From positions 124,001 through 188,000 of the forward strand of contig CBFFRP010000234.1 in NCBI GenBank assembly GCA_965644295.1: a stretch of DNA of 64,000 nucleotides. The letters run 5' to 3'. Shown here in pieces: positions 36,080 to 49,778 of this stretch. The notes beneath the pieces were generated by a model. It worked only from the letters and a program-made list of their open reading frames with translations, ran no database searches and was not told the DNA's origin. A program made the position numbers and the translations under genes. This DNA is from Paraphysomonas bandaiensis. Its lineage: Eukaryota > Protista > Chrysophyceae. The first letter of the stretch is position 1; every line of letters starts with the position of its first letter.

Positions 36080-36758
36080 GTTGATGTAGTACTCACTACT
36101 TTGCATTATGACTTTTAAATTTGTGTATACTTTCGTTGTAGCAATATTAGTAGGATTGTGATGCCAGATTGTTGTAATAATTATCCTACTGTTTTCAATA
36201 CATCTATATATGAAAAAAGCGAACACTCTATGGGGTTCGTTGTTTCATATTCACCCTCATCATCTACTATTTACATGCCCCACACAATAGCTTTCCAACT
36301 ACCTAAGTACTATCACTCTATATATACACTTACTGCGATGAGGGCTACTATGAAGCTATATATTAACGAAATCCATAAAGTTGAAGCATTACTGCTGCTG
36401 AAATTTTATTTTATTATTCAATTCATATCAAACTATATTCAATCGTATCAATATCCATTGCGATATCCCAAACAAGTATGTATAATAAAGCTAACGTGGT
36501 AATGTGAGGCTTTCAGCTTTGAATCACTCATGCTTTCTGTAGAGAAACGTTACGTACTATTATCGTATTATATATCTACTAATGCACTACAAGATATTAT
36601 ATGACACAATAGAAGGTACTCTCTTATACGCCGTGCTAATTACTACAGTAATAGTTTGGTTTACTAGTTTGAAAAATTAAAGAAGTGTTTACTTCGGATT
36701 GTTTACAGTTTAGTTACAGGAGAGTAACACATAAGACACTACAAACCTACAAAGAGCT

Positions 36759-37283
36759 TTATTCATGCACAGAATGATCGTAGAAATATTTCAGGCATAG
36801 AAGTCCCGAAATCAAGTATATAGCACCCACAAGCAACATTCCGCCAGATATACACAGTGTCAAGGATATAAATATTGAGCTGGACCATTCCAAATCTTCA
36901 TATTGTTGCAACACTATAACACCGATATAGATATAAATTAATCCACGAACTATCCAACTGCGTGATACAAGCGCATCATCGACAATCGAAAGCAATCGCA
37001 ATTCAACAAAAAGCAACATTAGACAAAATGAAATGCTGAAGGATTTCGCAATAATATCTATGAGAGATATCGAATACAAGAAAAACGACAAAATCTGGGA
37101 CGTCATTGTCGCTAAAGTAAACAACAGGGACACCCAGGATAACCATGTAACAACAATTACGCAGCACCCCTTCTTTCGGTCTTCAGAGTGGGAACTAGAC
37201 CTCTCGTTCTTATGAGAATTATTGAGTAATGGAGACGACTCCACCCACGAAGGGCTTTTCGACTCACTTTCAATTTCACTCAT
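36759..37283 (-). CDS. Small 4-TM membrane protein, COPI-associated/TVP15-like
   Basis: Four hydrophobic segments; LLFVEL, SWIVRGLIYIYIG and GAIYLISGLLCL resemble the COPI_assoc family. Confidence 0.6.
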   Translation of the reverse strand: MSEIESESKSPSWVESSPLLNNSHKNERSSSHSEDRKKGCCVIVVTWLSWVSLLFTLATMTSQILSFFLYSISLIDIIAKSFSISFCLMLLFVELRLLSIVDDALVSRSWIVRGLIYIYIGVIVLQQYEDLEWSSSIFISLTLCISGGMLLVGAIYLISGLLCLKYFYDHSVHE

Positions 37284-37724
37284 TGTACAACAAGTGAAAT
37301 TTATCAGCTACTTGAATCACAGGTTCAGACTAGAATGGAATGGCAAATGTATCGTGTCAGTTAGTGTGATGCAATACTATGACTATGATACTTCCACATC
37401 ACTGTTAAGATGTATGTATATATCATGCCAACGTATTCTTATAGTAGAGAATACCACTGTATTCCTGAGGTGTTGGTGTGGTTAGTATCTGCTGCTGCTG
37501 ATGGTTTATCTGAGCATATGGTGCCACTTGCTCCACGTGAATGTGCTGCTATGTGCTGTGCTGTATCATCATAGTCGATACAATCAAGAAGGTATCAGTC
37601 ACTGCTAGCACAGATATCTGCCCCGACAATATCATCATCTCGCACGAGTATCACATACATAAGAGCGAGTCGACTCCACTATAATTGTTTTTCCTATCAT
37701 TAATATTTCCCGTTGAAGGTAGCC

Positions 37725-39434
37725 ATGAGCAAGATTATTCAGTATATAGTGGTCGGGGTTTCTCTGGCGTGGATATATAAATTTTGGAAGTGTTACCTGT
37801 ACCCATTGCATTATCATGCTTACCCAGAGCTTCTTCCTGACCCCACTAAAGTTGCTGGTTCCCCAGATGGTATCACATCCACCTGTAATGGTAACGCATT
37901 TGCACTCGTTAAGATCGTTCATAACGTTCATGACATGGTGACTGCCCGTAAAATCGCGCAGCGCACCAAAGCCCCTGTTTTATTTAAAAATTTTATCACG
38001 GATATTGACAAGAAATGGGATGATATTATGGGCCATCATAAGGATACCGAGATTGACTTCACCAATATGGAAATTCAGAGCTTTGGAAATACGTTTTTAA
38101 GTGGGGCAAAGAAATCTGGTACTGTACATGCCAATGTGGGCGATGTATTATCCATGACAGAGCAGAACACGTCATTATTCGCGTCGTTCACATCATTTTT
38201 GGATGAATCTAGTATCCCTATGTTGACAGGAGATGTGTCCAAGCATAATATGCATTTTCTTTTGGATTCCAATTTTATATCGAACTTTCATGACGATGTA
38301 GTGTCCACTGAATTTCATGCAGCGTTTGGAGTCCGGTAAGTTTTTCACACACTTATGACTTTAGTAATTTTTATTTGCATGGTATTATAGATCATACGCA
38401 TTTCAATTTCTCGGTAGCAAGCTGTGGGTTTTCATGCACCCTAGAGACACTGAAAAGTATCTGACCATTGTGACACCCGCCACAATGCCAATTGGAGGAA
38501 ATGAGAAACAATTCTTCGCTGATATTGACGTACGTCTATGTATGCTCTAGATATGATATGCAGAAGTGTACGCAATATATGCCAACACCACTGTTTTGAG
38601 TTCAGATCGAAACATTCAATTTTATGTATTATATTGCCTGTATGATATAAAAGGAATGGAAAGTCACTTATTTTTTCTATTATCTGTTTGCAATTTATTG
38701 GACAAATACGAAGTTTATCGTTATGTACATATGTGTTTCACGTATATTGTTTTTAATATATGACCTTAATTTTTTTAGGAAATTCCCTTTGCTAAGAGTG
38801 AACGTGGCGACCTCTTGGTATTCCCTAACCACTGGCAGCACGCTGTATTGAGTACTGTAAGTATCTGTCGTATTGTATATGTGCAATAGAATTTGTATGC
38901 GTGTGAATTATACTGTTGTTACACGATTTATATAATTTGTGCCTTCGCAGAGGGGACCAAACGTGATGTTCAACCTTCGTGAGTTGACTCTTCTGGAAGC
39001 ACTGTGGACTCAGCCCGGGAGGATGGTACAGGCAATGCTTACCCTTGGATACCTTAAATTATCAGGTGCGTTAAAATTTCTTATGTACAACAAGAATAAA
39101 TACTGGGACTTGTTTTATCGTCACTCAATGGTGTTTATAATCGTATGCGAAGTACACAATACGGAATATACATTTGTATGATGTTTATTAGGTTTATTTA
39201 ATCATTTGATGCATGCTGCTAGATGTATTTGTTACTGACTTGTTATTGTCCTCAGGGGCTGGTAATCGTGATCTTGAGGATGCGAGATTCACTTACAACC
39301 GTTTGAACCCTCTGGAGCAGGCTTATGCCGACAGACGCAAAAATTTTGTCTCCACATCTGCGAGTGATAGCGCATGTAAAGACTTCTTTGTCTCTATTAT
39401 GAGAAATACGGAATACACTCCCAGCCGCAACTAG
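37725..39434 (+). CDS. JmjC/cupin-8 Fe(II)/2-oxoglutarate oxygenase with atypical H-x-A...H metal site and N-terminal hydrophobic anchor; 5 exons
   Basis: Spliced translation: KAPVLFKNF...STEFHAAFGVRSYAFQFLGSKLWVFMHP...RGDLLVFPNHWQHAVLSTRGPNVMFN; exons ~37725-38335, 38391-38529, 38779-38856, 38951-39065, 39256-39434. Confidence 0.8.
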
Positions 39435-40136
39435 ACTGCTGAGATGTACAGCTCGTTGGCCAGTGCTGGTGTTAGTATAGATTATATCATTGCTTCTGGC
39501 GTTGGGTAACATGGCTTCTATTTCACAAGCTGTTGTTCTTTGCAGTTAAGTGACGTGGATATGGATGAGTTTAATAGGAACATATTAGTATTTGCATTGC
39601 GCTTTTGGAGTAGCATGTTGTAGATTACTTGAGCTCACAGCGAATCGTAATGAGAAGATATGTTGTTTTGTACCAGGCGTGCTAATTAACAGTCTTGTGA
39701 TTACTAAATGACTACTTCTTCTGTAAACTCGTGATGTAAGATATTTACGTGCTTGGGAGAACCACCACTACGTGGAGATCACTCTTCTCAATTATAGAAC
39801 ACATTAAGTGTTGTCATTTGCAGAATAAGTAGTTGTTAGATATTGGTAACAAATATATTTTGTTTACAACCTCATTTGAAGCAAACTGTACTGTGTGGGT
39901 AGTAAGTACAATGCTTATATAGTAGCGGGCGAAGCAGCAAAAGTAAAACATTCAACAATATTAAGAGACATCAAAAGAATTCACGATTAGTTACAAGTGT
40001 ATCAAGATTAAGAAAATCTGATTATTACATGAACGGTTGTGTACAGAAACTACAAGCTTTACATCTATAGACTGTCTAAAAACTGGACTTGCTATACTAC
40101 GTCTCGGGACTGCTTGCGCATCGCTGCGATAATGTA

Positions 40137-41889
40137 TCAAGACAATAGGGGATATGGAACCAACAACTCTTCATTGACGGCTTTGGGCCGAGTAACAAAA
40201 ACAGCAACACAATCATAACCACAAGGACAACCAGCGTCAAAATCGGCCTCGCTAAGATAGCGAGCATAATTAGGGGGGACATGTACATATTCAGTGGGAA
40301 GATGAAGCATAAGACAAACAGGATCACGAAGATCATACTCAGCATCAACATGATGTACACACAATTCTCTCCGCAACACCCTCAGAACACGTAGCTAAGA
40401 AGTGATATTCAGATGTTGCTGGTTCATCCTGAACACATATGTCTCAAGTTAAGTACAGAACTATGGATGTATACAGACCAATACCTCTGTGACTACAGAG
40501 ACGAGCAGGAGTTAGGACCAATGAAGAGCGTACTATAGATGCTATACAAATATAAAATTCAACTTAGTTTAATAAAAATCTACTAAACATAAGAAGCGTA
40601 GGTTGCCTGCCCATTTTTCCGTTTTGTCTCTAAAATAATTTTCAGGAATAAATCACAATGATATTTTGTCTGTAGTAATTTTGTTGTTGTTTCAAAAATG
40701 ACAAATAAGTTATATTACTACACCACATCCTAGAGCATTACTAGCCAACTTATACTTCACTTCATTGTCTGATAATATCTTGGCAAGACATTCATTAATC
40801 TGCCCAACTCAAGATTGAACTCCAAACACTTCAACACTATTATTTCCAACAATACCGCATAATCCAGTGGTGTATAACAATATAATATAAATAACATGAT
40901 TAATATTGCATTATAATACATTAGATTGTTTTGAATAAACGACGCTTGCTGGAATAGGAATTAGACTTATTAGAGAAAGTCTAAAGGCGGACCTGGCCCA
41001 TGTTCTTCAATTTGTACAAGCTTTTGCATCTAGATCTACAATTTCTTGTCCATCACAAGAAACTGACAAACAACACAACATGCTGCATACTGCTTCGACA
41101 AGAGAATCAAGCAATCTCCAATAGATTTTCCCGAAACGGAATAATACCTTAACAGCATCAAAGAATTCAACACTGCATTAGACACTGAAAAAGGTACGAC
41201 TGACATGCGCTCGAATATATCGGAAGCATCATTGGCAGTAGTCTCTTTTCCAAAGAAAATTGGAATATCCCTCTCAGCATCAAAACCATCATACTGTATC
41301 TCAACTTGGAGATCAACAACCGACTTTAAATCCTCAAGTGACTTTGACTGCACACCATACTGTACTACTGACTCCAATAATCATTGATAACATTGTGCAC
41401 AGCATAACACTCATCATCAGCAAGCTTCGAATCCTCGCTAGGAGTATCAGTAGACAACTCCTCAGTTTTATCGGCAACAATCGCATCACTGACAACAACA
41501 TCTTGCACTGACTCAACAGACTCAACCTTAGTAGAATTAAATCCGCAACACCAACACTTAATGACTGCTGCACTGAACCAAATACCATCTTCATAGCACC
41601 GAATTCGTGACCTACGACCTTTTCACCGCTTTGTACTGACTTCGAATTAGCCTTCCATGATTGTCTGGATTTTCTTTGTCTTGCGATTATGCTCAGCGAA
41701 CCATTCACCCATATACTGCCGCTGCTCAATAAACCGTTGATCCATATCTTCGAAGTGCTGCTCAATATTCACCAACCTCTGAAACAGTTGCTGATTTCGC
41801 TGAAACAACTGCCGAATATACAGAGGAATCTGCTCTTCAGAACCATCATCTGTCCCTCCATAACACTCTAAATGAATTAAACTCAACAA
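40137..41889 (-). pseudogene. Fragmented coding remnant, possibly TE-derived, ending in a degenerate SET-domain-like segment
   Basis: Broken ORFs 41647-41889, 41036-41377, 40137-40379; the last reads NYARYLSEA...AVFVTRPKAVNEELLVPY, resembling the SET C-terminal motifs. Confidence 0.3.
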
Positions 41890-42509
41890 TATTCAATGTT
41901 TGCTGTTCTTATACTCAGAGTAATATTACTGTGATGTTTCTGAGAACTAGAAACACGTGAATTACAGAAAGCTCTCTCTAAAATCGTTTTAACAGATTTA
42001 AAGCGCCCGTCAGCGGGCTGTTAAACTGTTAAGCCTACCAGCGGAACTCCTTCACATAAACGCAAACCGCGAATGAGCTTAAATGAATCGTTATTAAAAC
42101 GTTCTATAGAAGAGGTGAGTGAGACAGCCATACATCTCCACAGTGTACACACACATACACATACATACCCCATGAGAAGTATTTATCAAGTTGAAAGAAC
42201 TGAAAACCCAATATAGTATACAGACAGAAATACAGTAGAGTAGATACGCATATACCGAGTATACAGGGCACTCTGCCCTAATATCTAGATATCAATCGTA
42301 CTTCTTTGCAACAGTGCATCACTTCGACTTCGTTTATTTCCCCAGCGAATCATAACAAACGACTTCTTTGGGAACGTGTATGCTGATATATAGACTGGAG
42401 CCTGTGTATGATACACTCACACGGTATCAGGACAGTGTCTAGACTATAGTCACAGCTGTCTGTTGAAGTATTATTCATGTATGGGTCCCAGCGCTTCATC
42501 TAAACTGAT

Positions 42510-45039
42510 ATGGGTGGTACTGTAGCTGTAGGAGTCAGCCCATCCACTGAGATTAGACAAGCATGTCAGCTCCTCAGTGGAGGGCTATTAGGAGAATATC
42601 GTCGTCTCAAGGGGTCAGGAGACGATGATTCGAAAATATATCGTTCACTACGCAACGCGTGTTCGACTGTGAGCCAGCAGAGAGACAGACTGTACGCCAG
42701 TGGCTCACAGACAACAGTGAAAAATCTCGCCTTACAGAGATTGACACAGTCACTGCGAGCTGATAATGGCCTCATCAACGATTCCGCTCATAGTTGTGAT
42801 ACGCCCTTCTGCGTAAAGGGTACTGAGAAAACAGTTTCAACAGAGGTCCAAGAGAGCACAAGGGAAAATTTGGATTTTTCTGATGTCTCAATGATGCGCA
42901 ATAAACCTATTCTTTCAGTTGATATTGACAATGAAGCAAACAATTACGTCGGTAAAGTTCATCCATGCATATCCCCATGCGGTGCCTTAAGAGTTGGTGA
43001 ATTCACTATCAATCAGCACATCATGACAGAGTCCTCGGAGTTTGTTGAAATAAAATGCCTGGGAAGCGGCTATACGAGTCGGGTATATGAGGCCTTACAT
43101 GTGCCGTCCATGACTTTAGTGGCATTGAAAATGTTGCAAGTTCACGATGACGATGATGTCCAGAGAGTTAGCAGCGAATTGCGTGTGCTGTACGATAATA
43201 TGGCGGATATGCATTTATTATATGACGAACTCAAGGTGAACTTACGTGATATAGACGATGCGAATACTTTCATTTGTTTTATGGTTTAGTTGAACGGTTT
43301 GCAGTATATTATTTGTTGTTGTCCTCTCACCATCTGTTATACGTCAGATGGAAAATGTACGTTGTTCTACGAAGAGGAGTACTGGTGCCAAGTCTCATAC
43401 TTCAAAAAATCGATGTAATAATGTGTTGGGTATGTATGATGGTGAGTAATGTGAATTACGATGTTGTTAGGAAATGTTAAGGTTACATTTTATGTATATG
43501 TAAGATATTTTATATGCGACATATATTTTTCTACTAATATGTGCGTAACATAGCCTTTTTGTCCCCGGAAACGGGAATGGTCAACATTGTGGTAGAATAC
43601 ATGGACGGAGGCTCGTTGGATAATGTTGTGAAAAATGGTGGGTGCCAGAATGAAGCCGTCATGGCACAGATAACCAAGCAGGTGTCGAACTAACCCCTGA
43701 GCTATAAATCTATGATATTGCGGTGAAACTAACTTAAACGCGTTATAATTATGTGGATAGTATTCAACACGAAATTGTTTCGAAACAGTTATTGTGATAA
43801 TATCGTGATCAGGTTCTCGAAGCCCTACTGTTTTTGAGAAATAAAAATCAACTTCATCGTGACATCAAGCCAGGAAACATTCTGCTTAACTGCAATGGAG
43901 ACATAAGTTTGGCTGACTTTGGCCTGGCTAAAGTTGCCAGCTGTAGAAACTGTCATCAAAATTCCTTTGTTGGAACCCTTAACTACATGGTGAGAGCTTA
44001 TATACTTCTTCGTTTTGAATTAGTAAGTGCATAGTTCTTCTCGTCTGTGATTGCAATATCGATCATTCGTGTAATAGCTTGATACTGATATGTAGTATTA
44101 TACTTACAGTCACCGGAAAAAATTATGAACTCTAGTTACTCTTTTCCAAGCGATATATGGTCATTGGGGATAACATTGATTACTGCAATAGAAGGCAAAC
44201 ATCCTTATGCTCTACATGGTAGCAACTATTGGGATCTTGTCCGTTACGTATGTGATGAAGATTCTCCCAATGTGGGACCTCGGTTCAGCACAGAGTTGCG
44301 GGACTTCATTTCTCTCTGTTTGCAGAAGGATCCAACTGACCGTCCTACGATAAGACAACTTCTACGACATTCTTTTGTTACGCAGTCGACAGTATCATCA
44401 GCAGTTACCACTGATGAATCTATCAGCCCGCGGTTATCATTCGATACCGAATATCAGAGTAGTGTCCCAACGGATGAAGATATTTCGCAGTTGGTGGACA
44501 CAGCTGTGATGAAAGTATGCGAAAACAACTCAACAGCGAGTTCTTCGTCGTCGATTGCGCAATTGGCAAGTCATTCTATTGTACAGCAAAAATCATTGAA
44601 TGAAGCAGACAACGACAGGATCCACAATGGAGTACATATTGCTGAAACTTCTATGAACAGTAATTGTGCTGCAAGTTGCGGTAAGGAAAAAACAATGGAG
44701 GCTTTTCTTATGGCTGCCCGTCTTGAGCATATGGAGTTGATTCTCCACAAAATTGTATCGAAATATCAATCTCTTAAAAAAATTAAAGGCTACAAGTCTA
44801 CCGACGATTTACTGAAAATGTCATCATTTGATGAATCATCACTTCTATCGGTAACACGACATAAAGAGCGGTCCATGTGTCTGGCTCGGGTAGAAAATAT
44901 GAAACCAATCCCAGACCCTAATAGAAGGGGTAAAGTCTATTGGAAACATTTTGCAAAACAGTTGCATATTCCATTTGAGGTTGTATTGCTCTCGGTTAAA
45001 AATATAATACCTGATGAACTGGTTTATGTTGGAGATTAA
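42510..45039 (+). CDS. MAP kinase kinase (STE7 family), about 5 exons
   Basis: LGSGYTSRVY, VALK, VVEYMDGGSL, HRDIKPGNILLN, DFG...SFVGTLNYMSPE, SDIWSLG, FISLCLQKDPTDRP. Confidence 0.9.
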
Positions 45040-45845
45040 AAGTGCAGTACTATTGCTTGTACTGTGAATTATTACATTATTTTTTGTAGGATGGTTACAT
45101 ATGTGATAGATAACGATGCTTGTGTGCTTGTATGTATATGATGAGACTCGCTTCCTCGCCATATAGCGAGTAGTTTGCATGACTTTTAATTTATATCTGC
45201 GTGATATTATTTCGGACTAATAATGATTTTATGAAGTTGAACACAAAAAGAGGACAAGAAGTTGTAGCAATCTCCTAAGCACAATGAACATTCATATTGA
45301 TAACTCCTACATACCTATAGCATATTGGCATGTTTATATGTTTATTATATTTGTTACATTGAAACACCAAAAATATATAACAATAATGGGAAAGAAATAG
45401 AATATGTTACACCAGTTCGTTAGGAGCAATTAGTTATAAGTGAACGAACTGTAGTAAGCCGAATAATATAGCATCTATAAAAGATGAGATATGACGTATG
45501 TAGAGAAAGGAGAAAGTGTTGGTTTTAGAGTTTCCGCACTCTGCAATAACCATAGATCACAATAAAAGTCTCTTAAGACCATTCAGCAATTACCCTATCT
45601 TACAAAGCTTAACTGAATGTCATCCCTCAATATATTGCCTGCGGATCCCTTAACAGTTAAAAACGTCAGTTTGGAAGTAAACAGATGACGTAATTACTTC
45701 TTTATTTCCTACTGTAATTTCAATTTTCTAATGTTTCTTATACACAAGAGCAAATACACGACACTGTTGAAATCAAGTCATGCAAATATGCGCATGAAAT
45801 TAAAACATGTCTAGCTATGTGTTCTGGTAGAATAGCTGCACCACT

Positions 45846-48800
45846 CTACTCGTAATCAGAAAGAGGAGGGCAGGAACAAATCAAATTACGATCACCATGT
45901 ACATTGTCAACTCTACCAACAGTTGGCCAATATTTGCTCGCGTAGTTAACCCACGGAGCAGGGAACGCGGCAACGTTACGCGAATATTTGCGGTCCCACT
46001 TGTCACTTGAAATCATATCCATAGTGTGAGGGGCAAGTTTCAGTGGTGAGTCGTCAACAGCTATGCGGCCTTGTACGACATCCTCGATTTCATGGCGGAT
46101 CAAGAGCATTGCATCTACGAACTTGTCCAGCTCCGACTTAGTCTCGCTTTCAGTGGGTTCAATCATGAGTGTTCCTGGAACTGGCCATGACATGGTCGGT
46201 GAATGAAACCCGTAGTCCTGCAGACGCTTTGCGACATCCTCCTCAACGATTCCGTACTCCTTGAACGGTCTCAAATCAATAATAAACTCGTGGGCACATT
46301 GACCGTTCTTTCCACGGAACACGACATTGTAAGCATTTTCGAGGCGCTTTGCCATGTAGTTGGCGTTCAATATTGCGACTGACGAGCTAGCCCTCAACCC
46401 TGGTTCGCCGAGAAGTTTGATATACATCCAGGAAATAGGAAATATCGACGCAGATCCATATGGGGCAGCCGATATGGCACCACTGGACTTAACGATAACG
46501 TTGTCTCCCTCACCTGCACATGGGACAACAGTATGCCCAGGGAGGAAAGGAGCCAGGTGGGCTGCCACACCAATTGTCCCGACACCGGGCCCCCCACCCC
46601 CGTGAGGAATACAAAATGTCTTATGTAGGTTCAAATGGCATACATCGGCCCCAATATGACCAGGCGAAGTGAGACAAAGCTGAGCGTTCATATTTGCGCC
46701 ATCCATATACACCTAAAAAACACGTTACTCACAAAGAATGGAGGTGGAGAACGCAAGAAATAGTGCGTATGAGTATCTTACACTATATTCTAAACACATT
46801 CAGCGTACACGATGCATGAGGCATTGTTCTCACCTGAGCTCCGTTCGAGTGAGCGATATCAATAATTGTCTTGACCTCTTCTTCAAACACACCATATGTG
46901 GACGGGTAGGTGATCATCACCGCAGCAAGTTTGTCTTTATGTTTTTCAGCCTTCTGTTTGAAGTCCGCGATATCGATGTTGCCATTCTTAGTAGACTTCA
47001 CGACCACTACGTCCATACCACACATCGCAGCAGATGCGGGATTGGTTCCATGGGCAGAAACAGGGATCAAACATACGTTACGATGGCCCTCTCCACGGGA
47101 TTTGTGGTATTTGTCAATGCAAAGCAACCCACTGTACTCTCCCTGAGCGCCAGAGTTAGGCTGTCCTGACATGGCAGCAAACCCAGTTATACGAGCCAAA
47201 TCCTTGTGTAAGGAATTTATCAGCTCCACATAACCCAGAGTTTGAGTCACTGGGGCGAAGGGGTGAATAGAATTAACCTTCTTCCAAGACAAGGATTGCA
47301 TTTCAACTGTTGCATTTAGCTTCATGGTGCAAGACCCAAGTGGAATCATCGAAAAATTCAAAGAAATGTCCTTGACTTCAAGGGATTTCAGATATCTGAG
47401 CATTTCTGTCTCAGAGTGGTGTGTGTTGAACACAGGGTGAGTCATGAACTCACTTGTACGGCGTAAATTATCTGGAACCTGTGACTGCACGGCCTCAAAG
47501 GGAAGGGCTTCAGGGGGAATATCAAATGCAGAGAGTAGAGCCTCCGCATCTGAGCGACTCATGGCTTCGCCAAATGAAATTCCTATGGCGCCAGAGTTGA
47601 TAACACGGACATTAGCACCGGCAAATTCAGCTTTAGCAGCGATGGTAGGAGCAACTCCTTCACCCACGTTCACTCGGATAGTATCAAAGTAAGGGAAGGA
47701 AGAGACATCGTACCCAGCGGCCTTGAGAGCACTTGCGGTATTAGTGGCCATACTATGTATGCGAGTTGCAATATTCTTAAGCCCATTAGGACCGTGATAT
47801 ACGCCATATGCGGCGGCAACATTGGCCAGTAAAGCTTGTGCGGTGCATATGTTCGAGGTGGCCTTATCGCGTCGGATGTGCTGCTCTCTAGTTTGCATGG
47901 TTAGGCGCAAGGCAGGTTTGCCACGGCTATCCACAGAGACCCCAATAATTCGCCCAGGCATCTTGCGGACGTAAGCTGACGTGGTAGCCATGAACGCTGC
48001 ATGAGGGCCACCGAATCCCTACAAACAGATCGGGTTATTGCAATACACAGTATAACAATATATATCAGTTACCATGGGTACCCCAAATCTTTGAGACGAT
48101 CCAACAGCGATGTCGACCCCCATTTCCCCAACAGGTTTAAAGATAGTACTTGCCATTAGATCAGTGATGGCCACCAACAGGGCTCCATTATCGTGACAGT
48201 GGGCGGAGACTGCATTCAAGTCCAAAAGCTCTCCGTAGGTATTGGGACACTGTAGAATAGCCCCGCAATATTCGCCAGATGATAGGTCCGCATTGATGAT
48301 GGAGCCAATCTCGATGTCCATTCCAAGTAATGGGCCTCTCGTCAACATGAGGTCGATATTTTGAGGATGACAATCCTGGGAAGGAATTTAGAAAGTTCAA
48401 GACTAGAATTGGACTCAATGTATACATACCTGATCAATAAAAAACTTCTTCCTCTTGTGATTGCTGATAGCAAAACACATTGCCATTGCTTCAGCAGCAG
48501 CAGTAGATTCATCCAATAAGGAAGCGTTACACAACGGTAGGCCAGTTATGTCGGACACCATGGTTTGAAAATTTAACAAACCCTGCAGTCTGCCCTGCGA
48601 TATTTCGGCCTGATACGGTGTATAAGATGTGTACCAGCCAGGATTTTCGATGATATTGCGCTGAATCACAGCAGGAGTAATAGTTTCGTAGTAGCCCATG
48701 CCAATAAAGGACTTTTGGAGTTTGTTCTTCGACATTATTTGTTCGAGTTTTTCGAGTGCCTGAGACTCACTTAATGGTGGGTCAAGGTCTACTGGAGTAG

Positions 48801-49127
48801 GAAGGCGAATACCCCGAGGTACAGTAGATTCAATGAGTTCATCCAAAGTATTAAACCCGATAGTTTTAAGCATCACCTCCCGTTCGGCGGGGTCAGGACC
48901 GATGTGACGTGAAAAGAACTGGAATTTACGTTATATCGACAGGAACTGAATACACGCTACCATACCGAGTCTGTAGGTGCAAAAGCATCGACCTTACAGG
49001 ACAGACTGCGCGTCCAAAATTGCGGCTTGATCTGTGAGAATAAGACACATAAGCACATCTCCCAGCTGATAGCATACACAACACTCACATTCTTTCTGGT
49101 GGCGGACGCGACACGATGCAGCATCAT
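45846..49127 (-). CDS. GLDC: Glycine dehydrogenase (decarboxylating), glycine cleavage P protein, mitochondrial; 6 exons
   Basis: [41 protein letters not shown]-lysine motif [19 protein letters not shown]-terminal [10 protein letters not shown]; Arg-rich presequence. Confidence 0.97.
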
Positions 49128-49778
49128 CAAACTCCAAGCAGCTCCTTTAAATCAGCGAATAGATTAAATAGCGGTATATATACCAGGTCTTATGGAATGG
49201 CAGGGAGACCAATAGAAATGAGTCTATATGTATGCCAATATTCACGCACATCATTCGTCCAGAAACCAAGAAAACACATATGCAGAGAAAGGAACATATC
49301 CACTGGATTATAGCACCAACATCTGTTTTTTGACCTACAGGTCCGCATACTTGCTGGATCTTTTTTTTAGACTGTCCAAAGGATGTTGGATTTTGTAGAA
49401 TTCCTTGTAGAAAGCCCTGATATTATGCTGAATGTAGAGTGTACAAAAATACTTTTGCTAAATATGAAATACGTCACTGTACTTCAGAGTACAATCGTAG
49501 TAGAGTATAAATTCAGTAGCAGGAGCAGCAGCAACAACACGAACAAAAAATAATAACGGACATGCATCAGGTGAAGTAACCAGCAGGCAGTTAAGACGCA
49601 TGAGAACAGTATCATTTGCTTTGTGTCTTTCATCTTATTATGCAAAACTTTATATGAAGACCGACTTGGTATTTCAACGTATATGATGTGGTAGCACGAA
49701 GTGTTCGATTGAGAAATTCATTATTATACTTCCCTGTTCAACGTCTAGAAAGCGTATTCCGTATCTTCACTGATTAGA

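Noticed and set aside
36158-36502. 114-aa ORF after the carrier gene (also 435-746, 30567-30806)
   Set aside because: AT-rich UTR/intergenic composition with no motifs
43942-43956. CxxCH as a heme c attachment motif
   Set aside because: Sits in the activation loop of a cytosolic kinase, where cytochrome c maturation is not expected
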